A DNA stretch of 64,000 bases from Tubiluchus corallicola (taxonomy: Eukaryota > Animalia > Priapulida), in assembly GCA_030141605.1 (NCBI GenBank), contig JAQGDQ010000712.1, positions 44,665-108,664 of the forward strand. Direction: 5' to 3'. Position numbers and translations under genes: made by a program. Positions 42,001 to 54,000 of this stretch are shown piece by piece. The notes under the pieces were generated by a model, which was not told the DNA's origin, ran no database searches, and saw nothing but the letters and a program-made list of their open reading frames with translations. The number at the start of each line of letters is the position of its first letter. The stretch's first letter is position 1.

Positions 42001-45000
42001 CGATAAAAGTCGTATCTTCTTTTCATTTTTTAATCTCCATGGCCTTCAAAGAATTTTGTAGAGTCATTATTTTATTTGACCAATGTGCCTCTGTTTTTTT
42101 TTGAAATGAGCATGCATTTACGCAAGTCATTTGTCAAAGTTGACTGATTGAACCAAGGCTCAAATTGCCTCAGATTTAATTATTATAATATATTCTTGTA
42201 AACTGTCTGTTGTGGCATAAACAAATCGGCACCTTTTTTTATGCGTTTGCTCCCCCTAACTTTAGAATCTTGACTGCGCCCCTGATGCGCATACATGCAT
42301 CAGGGGTGTAGTCAGGTTTTGAGCCCACTTTTGAGAGGGTTTCTTAGCAGTTTTTTTGCATGATCAGTGAGAGTACAAGTTACAGTTAACACTGTGCGGA
42401 GCTGTCACAACTAGAATGTGATGTGTTTTTACTTGTTTTATCATAATTAGCATTCATTCATAGGAATTCATATTAGTACTTTGTTTTAGTGCCCTGGATG
42501 GAACTGTGAGAATCTGGAGCCTTCCCAACAAAACTCACCAATTCCTGCAACAAACATGCGTCTTTCAGTCCGACGAGTCCGTTTCCGCCGAAGATTTGAA
42601 TGGTCAGTCACTAGATTACGTCTGCTGGAGTACGACGGGCAAGCTAGTGGCCGGAGCAATTCGGAATATGGTGAACGTGTGGTCGGTAGCAGGTAAATTA
42701 ACTATTTTGGGTTGTTATCAAGTAAGATCAGTGCTTGAATCTATAAACTGCAGAAAGCATACTAGTTGGTGTTTGTGAATACAGTAGTCACCGATTGATA
42801 ATACCACGGATAATAAAGCTAGCCAAATTTTAGAATCATTCAGACGCAGTCCGGAATTAGTCCCATAGAAACTATTGTTAAGAAAATTCGGTTATCAGAA
42901 CCGGATCATCGCTACAGGGCGTAAGTGTGAATTAATTTGCATATTTATCATGATGGTACAGTCTCGTCATACATTTTTGTGGCTGGAGATTCTCATCATA
43001 AAGTGGGTAGACATTTTCTGACATTTTGTTCCTGGAAAGAAACTGCGAGGGACAAAGATGAGAGATTACTGCAATGATAGATAAGCAGTGCCAAGTCTGG
43101 TCAGTAAGTGGATGCTGCGGCCTGGAAAACTGCCTTGGACCGCTCTTTGTGCTTCCACTGTTTACTATTTGAGGGACATGAATTACATGAATTTTAACAT
43201 GCCCAAAGCACCTCTGCTGGTTCAGTGCCTCATCTTAGACTGTTATTCTTAATACTGAGTTTTGCAAAGCATCCAGACTTGCAAAGTGTTCTATTGTATA
43301 AAAAAGAAAGTCTAGAATAGAAAAGGTACTGCTAATGTTTTACTAACCTGATGTAACTTAGATCTCTATCAAAGCAATTTGTGAAATGCTAAAAATAATT
43401 CGTCTCAAGTTTGACTTTACATTTTAATCTAAATACAGATTGTTTTCAAGATCGGTTGTCACTTCTCCTTAGGTGTGTTTTTTCAAATATTTCAGCTACC
43501 TGGCTGAAAAGTAGGGCTTTGCAGGACAAGGTATCTGTACCCATAAGATTTCTGGCCTCATTTTAAAGTGCTCATTTTTAATCAAGTCAATGACTACAGA
43601 TACTAGTGAGCTACCTTTCAATTTTGCATTACAGGTGGACAAGGACATCTAGTAGCACAGACGGTAAACGTGACTGCACTCGCCTGGCCTCAACATAAAG
43701 GATTCTGTGATGGCAAGCTGGGACTGGTGATCGAAATACTACTGATTGGACGTGCTGACGGGAGTGTCTCCTGTCTGGAGATTTTTGACAGCACAAAGTT
43801 CAGCTGTCAAGAGTTGCCACTGTGTGGCCGTAAGGGCGGTAAGTGCGGTAAAATTTAGGAAACTTTGCTGTGTTGCTATTATTTTTAATTATGGTTATCA
43901 CATAAACATTTTGTACGTGAGCTACCTAAGTAAAAAAGAAGATGCCTCTACCCAATGTCTGATTTTATGCAATGCCTTCTTAGTGTACAGATTTTGTACG
44001 TTCAGTTTCAGTTAGCCAACTACAATGGTTCGATGAAGACAAGAGGTTTGCAATAGCATTCACAGATGGCGTAGTCGCGCTGTGCAGTAAAGATCCAGCT
44101 GCATCTCCATGGTTTATGCAGGCACATGAGGTATTGTTATTCCTTCGTTTACTGGTTTTTATGGGACGAAACACAGTATTAAAGAGCTAAATCATCATCA
44201 GTTTAAAAAGTTATAAAACACAATTTGCTATCAAAATATTCGTGATCCCCTCATTATAAGTGAACTTGTTGTTATGCGTATGTTATATCAGAAGGTAAAA
44301 CCTATATGTAAGCTCGCAACTATTCAGCCTAGTTTGTAAATATTTGTTATTAATTGTCTATAACTGTTATCTGCTATATTTTTTGGACGTAATTTAATTC
44401 ATGGTTATAATTTCCTGAAGGAATTGTTTATGTTTAGTATAAAATCTTCATTCAAATCTAGTCTATAAAATGAATTGTTCAACTTCATAAATCACTGTTT
44501 AATAATTGCTCTGGATGATGACTAAATAGCTTGATCTTTCGACCGCCTAACAATGTGAACTAATTTGTATTTAAAGTGAAATCAATTTTGCATATAATGT
44601 ATATATAATGGCTTCTATGCATTGTGAAATAAATATTCTTGTCTATCAATTTAATTTCAATATTATTTTTTTAGTGAATGAACACAAATTTTTATTGTAT
44701 TTTTGGAACCAAACAAGTAATATTGAAAATGAGGGTGAAAAACTAAAAAAGTTGGCATTATTACAAATCCATGACCTGTACAGTAAAGTTGTCATGGTTT
44801 TGGACTTGCAATCCAATGGTCCCTGGTTCAAATCAACGTTTAGCCCCAACCTCTTCACATTTCTTCTTTTTTGGTTAACTTTGGTTTAAAAAAATTTCAT
44901 AATTATGGGAATGCGAGCCCATTTGATCATTATTGATGACCTGTGATGTATAACTAACGTGTGACAAAATGTCAATTATTTTCTGCTAATTAAAATTTTA

Positions 45001-48000
45001 AAGATTTTGCCAAACATCGTGGAAATTTTTAACTTGTTTGCAGCAGTCTGTCTCATTACCTGTTCGTTAGTTTATGTTTTACCTGGTTTCCAGGGACCTG
45101 TAAACTGTCTCCGCTGGGATCCCAAAGGGCATCTCTTCCTTTCAAGTGCCTGTGATGAAACTGTCAAAATTTGGGCGACGTCCGACGGTAAACTGGTCAG
45201 CTACTGTATCCTGTTGTTGCCGGTTGTCGTGGAGACAGCAGAATGGTGCCCGCTACCTGGAAAGGGAGACAACGCGCGATTGTTATTGGCAGCGTTAGTG
45301 AATTTTTTACCTTTATAATTTACCTTTCATAATATTTTAAACCTCAACCAACAAATTAATCTGATTTATTCATATTGGGTTAAACTGTTTCAATGTAATT
45401 ATATTACAGATTGATTTTTGTCAAAGCGGAAGAGTTTTTGTAGAATCGCTGTAAACCATTTCTTCTTGAGCTGCTTCAGATGGAGACCCCAGGGAGACTT
45501 TTATTATCAACATTTATTTTCGGTTTTCAAAAAATCACATGCTTTCAATTCTTGTTGACTTGTTATTGTGTGTGCTTGCTGACCAAAGTTAGACAATGCT
45601 GAGACTAGTTAGTGAAAGGATGGATAACTACTGTGTCCAATGGTCAATCTGAGTTCCTTCATTTGACTTACATCGCTTAGTTATTTACCTCCTTGAGAGG
45701 ATGTAAGTCATCCAAATGGCTGAGACATTTTTACCAATCCTGTGCTTTATCTTAGAGAATTGAACTAGCCCTGCAGCAATATTAAGCTGTGTTTAAATGT
45801 AACGACACTGCCTAAATGTTTTGAATGAAAAATACATTACATACATGAATGAAAAAATTGTGTGCTCGTCAAGTTTTAGTACTTTTCCACTTAATATTTT
45901 CCTTTACTGCAGGGGGCTTCGGAATGGGAATGTCATTGTATGGTCAGTTCCACAATTTAACGAATCAGCCAAAAAACCCGGAGGGGTGAGTAAACTATTG
46001 CATGAAAAATATGCAAAAGAATTTGTTTCTGTGTTCTTATTGTGAATGTGACTGTATATCCCTATTATACACTGCCACTGGAAATGAATCACTGCACGCC
46101 TGTATACTTTATTCCCTATACTCTGTAGTCCTGTCGTTCCCATTTTCATACATACTCTGTCACAGTGCATATTTAGTTTTGGTTTTCGACTTATATTTTT
46201 GCTTACTTCTTAATGGCAAATGTTACGTTTAAGTAAGGCCGCTAAAATCCTAAGTAGCCATAAGTGATTCTACTTTTCATACTAATTGTCATGTAGTCAC
46301 GATGTTAATTTCATGCGCGATCTGTTGGTAATATTTTATCTACCAACAATAATATATCTTCCCTTTAATTTTGATTTTAAATGTGTAATACTGAATCTAC
46401 CTGCAATCGTTTTTTCTCAACTCATTTGCTTACTTGTTAATCACTACTGTTTGCTAATTATTATTTTTTTAAATTTCTGCAGTTACTATTTTGTTCTTGT
46501 TTTTCTATTTTTGTACTTATAAACTTATTTCAGGTTTATCGCAGCAAATCAAAGCCATTCTGCCATTTTTGTTAACATTGGTTTGGGCGCCTTTACACTT
46601 ATAATTAGGTATTTTACACACAATGTGGTCATTATTTTGCCTCATTTTGTGTTAAAAAAGTTTCTGATTGTTTTAGGATTTGGGCGACGGAGCTACAGCA
46701 GAGAAGCTCGCCATACTTCGTGGTCATCTGCTGAACATTGTCAGCTTGGCTTTTCACTCAAACGGTTTGGTTCTGGCTTCCGGATGTGCAAATGGAATTC
46801 TTAACATCTGGTCTTTAAAGGTGTGCAAACAATTTAAATAGGAAACTTTGACGTCATTTACGACTGTAATCTTGTAGGTGATAAACTGATGATGAAAATT
46901 CTCACTAATGTAACAAGCTGTCATCGGGTTTCAGAGAAATTCGTGGTGGTAATCGAATTTATTCAAATCGAATTACAACTTTAAGTTTTCTATCATTTAG
47001 ACTAATGGAATCGTAACACAAGGAATATCCACGTGTCACCGGTGATTAATGTTAAAAAAAACTCATTTTAATTATTTCCGTAAATAACAGGTTATTTTGT
47101 GTTAAAATGTGACCTCACGTAATTCACTCTAATGTCATATGTGTATTAATAGACAAGCATTCACCGTACATTCTTTCACACAACCTGAGTCTTTTACTGT
47201 TTTGATCTGGATATCCCAGAAATCTGGAATCGTATTATTATTCCACAAAATGCTGAGTTAGGGCATGCAGAGCATTTGAGGGAGTCAGAATTAGTGTCTG
47301 AGTGCTCGAATGATTATGGTATGCAAAGTTTGGCAACTCACAGCAGACTGAGACAAGCTCAAAAGAAAGTTGAATAAGTCAATCTCTGGAGTGAATGGAG
47401 ACATAAGAAACTTGATCGCTCACAGTTCTTGATAAAAATTGGACCTGTGTGTTGGGAAAGACAGTCATTTTGAACATCTTGAATAAAAATAATAAACTTT
47501 GTTTTATGAACTAGAAATATGTGATTGTCATATATATATGAAATATATGAACTAGAAATTTATTGTCATTATAGCATAATGCATACAATGAAATTTATGT
47601 GGCTTTACGTACTGCAATAACGTATGGAAACAACAAGGAGATTAACACAAATAGTTCAATCTGTCTAAATAATACCACTCTAGACATCCGCTACATGCTT
47701 TATATTATGGACTATACTAGTTCTTGGCAAAATTCATGGCTTGCCATGCGTCACTTACTGCGATTTACAAGCATATTTTTGCAAAGGTATTATTAATTAG
47801 TAATTACATTGTTGGAGGCTGCAGAAGGCTGAAATAACTGCTTAATTTTAGCTAATTTTTTATTTTTTCTGCATACAGGATGGTAGTGTCGTACACACCG
47901 TGGCTGGCAGTGGGATGGTAGAAGGCTGTTGTTGGGTATCAGATATCGGGTTGGCCATCTGTTTCAGTCGCAGTAAGGTAAGAATATGCGTAACATTGGG

Positions 48001-51000
48001 GTTTCAACACAGTGTGTTGTTGTGTTATTGATGAAATATGTAAAATATTGTTTTCTTGACTCCTACCATGTCATTCCTTTCCAGTGATAGCATCATTTTA
48101 ATTATAAATTTTTTAGCTGCTTAACATAGAATTATATTTCTATATCCTTGTGATTAACATCTTTTGCTGCAACATCGGAGTAGAATGCACTTACTAGAGT
48201 TTGCGAATTGGCAAAGGTTGCCTTACACCTATGTAAGCTTAAGTTGCTCAACCCTAGTGTAACTGCTGTCCATGCGTCTTTGCCTAACTTTGCTAATATC
48301 TCATTGGAAAGTGCTGCCACCTTCATTTTCGGATTGTGCGCGCATTGGCAGCAGGTTGCGTAGTTTCCCTGGTGTTGCTAAGGGCAGATGGTCGAAGGTG
48401 GGTCAAGTCACCTGCCTTTACGGTGAATAAGTTAGTAATACTATGAAATACGTTAATAATACGGTGAATTCATGTAGTAAATATAGTGGATACTGTATTA
48501 ATTACCAAACGTTTGGACGGTGATATGATTACATTATGTTTACGAATGACATCGTATGTCTTCACCTGTATTGTAGCAATAAAGACGTTTGTGTAATTTG
48601 ATTCACTGTGTTATGCATTAAAATTATTTTTTCACCCATTGAAAGCACAATAACCCACCTCAATCCGAATGAATGGCTAGTGCCGTTACACCTAGATTAA
48701 GAGATTTTTTTGTTCAGCCAAATGTGATTGCAGAATGTTTCTTGTTTTTGCTGTATTTGGTGTTGGTGTTGTTGTCGCTTCTGCCGCCGCTGCCATCAGT
48801 ATTGCCATCGTCGCTGCTGCTGTTCTTATGATTGTTCACTTATATCATTAACCTGTGGAGCTGCTGATTTTTCAGGAAGTTTTGCTGCTCCACTTCACGC
48901 AGGAATTTTACCTGAAGAATCGTGTCCTGGCCGCTTGTCGGGTGACGCTGAAGAATCACGGGGTAGTCGGACTGCAACAAGCTCCCTGTCTTCAAGGATT
49001 ACTGCACAAGCTACCAAACCTTCTGCAGGATCAGTATGCATATGAAAAGGCAATGCTAAACTAACATCTTTCAGTACAAAATAAATTCCTAGTAGTGATT
49101 GATACTTTTGAACTAAATCAACTTATTTCGGCTGCCTGCCTCGGAAAAAAGAATAATTAGCCTGTTAGTTGTGAATAATCTTTGTTTTATTTTTTTGCAC
49201 GGTTCTGTAAATTGCAAGCCAAAATTCAAGCTCAAAGTTGGGCCTACTTAATATATATGGTTGTGGCTGGACAGGAATTTATCATTATCATTATCATTGA
49301 TAATCATCTGTATCATTATCAGTTTTAATCTTCTAAGATTAGACAGTGAACCAGCAAAGGTGTTATCCACTTTTGTATACAGATACATCCCTCACTGGAA
49401 TAAATAACTGGAAGTAGAACTTGAGCCCGTGGTCATCCACCCATTTGCTGAACAGGTTCACTGTTGCGTACATTGTCGCTAAGCTTGCCCATTTGCGTGT
49501 ATACCTACGAAAATTTTAGGGTCATTTATTAATAGTATATGAAACACATAATTTTCGTGTATCCAAACTTAAATGACCAAAAGCAGAAAATGTGGAAAAA
49601 ATCAGAACTAAGGCTGGTTTTGAACCAAACTGCCATGCCTCTAGAGCTCTTTAGCAGACTAATAAAGATGGCCAAATTTTGCAGCCAGACTTAGAAACAC
49701 GTCCCTACATAATTTATCTAAGATCACTTCTGTGGTCATTCTCAAGACTTAAAGAAAAACTGGACGATTGATTAGACCTAATCTCATTTTAATTTAGCGT
49801 CCAAAATATACATTTTCTTGCCTATAAAAGTTAGCAGTTGTTTCTAACATTTGAATAATTACCTTGGAAAGTTAATTAACGACAACCGAACACAGCTAAT
49901 GCTTATGCCACACAAACTAACCACAGTTTGTGCAATGGTAAGCATCTGCCCCGTCCCTCAAGCACGTTTGCGTAAGCAAATATTGCTCTAAGACGTTGCT
50001 ATGATGTCACGAAAATGAGCTCTACATCTCACTCACGTCACAGACGGACACTGCAGTTTATGATCATGCTTATCATGGTACTGCGCCTATTTGTCGGCCA
50101 AATGGTCACTCGAATGTGACCAAAAGGCACCATTGCCAGTCTTAATGGATTCACTCCGCTGCACGTAACTTTGAAAGTTTAACAAAATTTAACTGTCCCG
50201 GGTAATTATTATTTAATCTGAGCTTTGATTTAAAAAAAGCTATTGTAGTTTCCAATATTTTAGAGCATACATTATGTTGAACTATTGTCTACGCAATTGT
50301 CCGGTTTTTTTCCTTTAAAATTAAAAGTTCTCTTCTCTTACAGACTGCTGTGCTGAGTGGAGACCAACTGGTACACAGCAACTACCTTCAGTGCCTGGCA
50401 ACTTTGGCACTAGGCTTGAATCTGGATCAAGTTCTTTGCAGTCCATTGAATCCGCTGCATCATCCGGATGATCCGACGGAGTCACCCTCGCTTCCCGACT
50501 GGAACTGGTTGCTGTCGTACTGCATCGTCGTTCGTACGGTCGGAGCGTTGGCAAAGCAGTCGCCATTGCCGGATTCGTTTGTGGTGCCAGATGTGAAGAA
50601 ACAACTAAATCCTGTTGCTTATGTAAGCAAAGGGACATTAAACATATTTGCCCCAACATTAGCATTGCTGTTTTATAACTTGGTTAGATTTTAATTTTAT
50701 TTTGAAGCTTTGTAAATGTATTGTGCCGATTTTTCAAACAGTCCAGTGTACACTTGCTTTTGCTTAACATCCTTAGTTGTGATATGTCATTTTGTAACTT
50801 AATTTCCAGACTTCATATCGCAGATTTTTTTCCCTAATACACAATTTTTTTAAAATAGTCGTGGTCGGGAAATCCATTTCGAAACTTGTTCACCTGTCAA
50901 TGGGAAGCTTGATGATTAAGGTTATCCATTATTATAGATTCGTAATACACATGTTTTGCTAGGCATTGTTTCGGGAGTAAGTTGCATGACAAACTGTTTA

Positions 51001-54000
51001 ATAACTATTGGATTAGGACAAGCTCGCTAAAATAATAAAATAAACCATTAAATATTAGCACTAATCTTTGTTTACAACATTACATATAAACAAGTTCAAA
51101 TTTTTCAATTTATGTGTCAATTGCAACAGCTTGCTGCAACAGTACACAACACTGTTATTAAGCTAAAGTGGATTACAATGGCGACTCTGGATTACAGTTA
51201 TATTCATGCAGCAGTGCCGGGCCAAACTAGATAACAGTTAGCCAATAAAAAATTATTTGTGCTATTATGTTTAGAAGTATTGTACAATAAAAGTCTTGCA
51301 TCACTTTTAACACTACAAAATTATATGTTACATTGCAGCCAATCAGCGGTGTAGAAGTTTTTCTAATATTGGATAAAACTCGGTACGTCAGCAAACTTTA
51401 ATCCACTTTTTTAAACCTATTACATCTTTATCTAGGATAATCAGTATTGGAACTCTAACTTGGATGAACAGATCATGGCCTGGGCTACGCAGCATCCGGA
51501 GGACTGGCAGCTGGGAGGAAAATGCGAGGTTTTCATGTGGGGAGGCGGACGACATGGACAGATGGCGGAGGTCGGCCGGAGCTCTTTCTCTCCTGCATTC
51601 ACGCCTTCTTTTTCTCAAGCACAGCAGGTGCATTTCAGTAACTTTCAGCGTTATTTAATAGGGTGCAATTAGTTTTGTACTTTGCATTTAATAGGATGCA
51701 ATTAGTTTTGTACTTTGCATTTAAAAGGGTACAATTAGATTTTTACTTTGCATTGTGATGCTATTGTTGAAGTAATGATGAAGACTGTTTCAAGCAAAAC
51801 ACATTTAGTAGCTTTTTCAGTTAGTCGCTAGTCGTTGTTGGTTATAGTAGAACTAGTAAACTTAATTCGCTATCAAGGCTAATCTTAGACGATGGACATT
51901 GAATCAATGAATCAACAGTAGATTTTTAGAAACATTCAAACATACATACGTCTTCCATCATTGAGAAGATTAGCGAGTACTTGTAATCAGTTGTTTCTGG
52001 CGGTCTCGCATCCATTTACTAACCGTGCTTCGCACTGTTTAACTATGTGGCCAAGCAAACATTTCGACAAGCAATCCGTAACCCTTGATGAAGGTCTTCA
52101 TTTGTAGCTAAAAATGTGCAACATTAAGCTGTAAAATTAACAGCAAAATCAATAATGTTTAGTCTTCCACTTGTCTTCTTGAGGCAACTTAATCTGTTCA
52201 GCAGTATCAAAATCTAATTCTGTTGTGCGGATGTTGTGGGAAATTTTGTATGAAAGTTAAACTTCGTAGTGCCTGAGTAATATGCTTATGGCTGCTGCAT
52301 AGTAAACACCATGCTTTATGGTCGCAGATTTTGAAACTTAACTTAGCTCCACAGCTAGAATTGTACATTTGTGATATACTCAAATTAAAATTAGTGTTGT
52401 TTTAACAGGTGGTATGCTAGCAGAACTGTACATTTGTGATATACTCAAGTTAAAATTAGTGTTGTTTTAACAGGTGGTATGCTGGCAAAACTGTACATTT
52501 GTGATAAGCTACGACTCCATGTGCGCATTATGTGTGATCCGTAATGCATGATGCGTATTCAGACAACAGCCATCACATTCGAGTGAATTCGTATCACACA
52601 TCATGCATTACGGATTACTCATTGGAAACACATGAAAACACCTCCACGTGTTTAAATATAAACTGTTGTACATGTATGACACATGATGTAGTCAAGTTAA
52701 AATTAGTGTTGTTTTGACATGTGATATGTTGTCAGAACTGTATATTTGTGATACAGTCAAGCTATAATTAGAGTGTTGTTTTATCAGGTGATATGTGGTC
52801 AGAACTGTACATTTGTAATACAATCAAGCGGCACTGTACTCGCATGCGGGGAAGGAAGTTATGGACGACTAGGACAAGGCAACTCAGATGACCTTCATTC
52901 TCTGAAAGTTATTTCTGCATTACAAGGTAAAACCTTTTCCTTTGCTCTTATTGATGGGATGTAATTATTCTGCGTGCTGCGGCAGTTAAAAAAGATTATG
53001 AGTAGCTTGGGTACGCTGCATTTAACCCTAATCCTAAAACAACAGCAATTGTGAAAGCATATTTTAGCTTTTAATTCTTGAATGTTTATACCTTTTTAAA
53101 GCAAAACCAGACCCAATCTTTAACTGTAGGTCAAAACAATCTTCTCTTTAAAATATTGAAAAGAAACATACTATTTTTTTAAAAAATGAAAGAATTATTA
53201 CCACACAAACACAATTTTAAGTGTAGGCCACTAGTTCTTCGCTGTTACATGCACAAAAACAGGTGCTGTACATCTCAACTCAGATGTGTTAGTTTGTGAC
53301 GAACTACACACATTCAACAACTCATGCGTGAGCACAGCGGTAAATTTGACATTTGAATTTTTATCTTAAAACTTGCCTAGTTTCAGTACAACACACTGAA
53401 TATCTTACAGTAGTGCTGTACTTCAATTTTCGCTTTTGCAAACACGTGCAACACGCTCATGGATATTTTTGCGGTTGAAAATTATGTTATTTTGTGATGT
53501 CATTAATAATTGGACTCCCGTGACTCGTTTATACACTTCTTTACACTGGAATCTTCTTTCAAAGGCATAGTTTATTTAATGTTGGCGTTTGTAGCTGGAC
53601 CAGTACCTTGCTCACAATTAAGATTTTACCTCTAATATCAAATACAAAACTGGTAGAGGTACCTTGCCACGTTCAGATGGTATATGTTCTCCCTCAGTGA
53701 ACAGCTAGTCTGCTTCCCTCTATGAAACCCAATTGTTTTGAACAATACTGCATACTCGCATGAATTTTGGAGAACTTTGAATTAAAGTTAAACATGATGG
53801 GACCTGGCTAGAACTTGTGTTGATGTTTTGCCCTCTTATAATGGCGAACACAGTCTAATGATCAGTGGTTTAATCGCTCCTTCTCGTGTTGGCAGCCCTA
53901 CTGTGAAGATTTGAAGCTAAACTGGAAAATTTCAGAACTAGTAATTCTGCAACATGTTGCTGTTTACTGAACGGCATGCCCTCCTTTACTGGCTCATTAT

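Noticed and set aside
42271-42314. Short hairpin tgactgcgcccctgatgc / gcatcaggggtgtagtca
   Set aside because: Best explained as abutting termini of two degraded MITEs; no evidence of an ncRNA.
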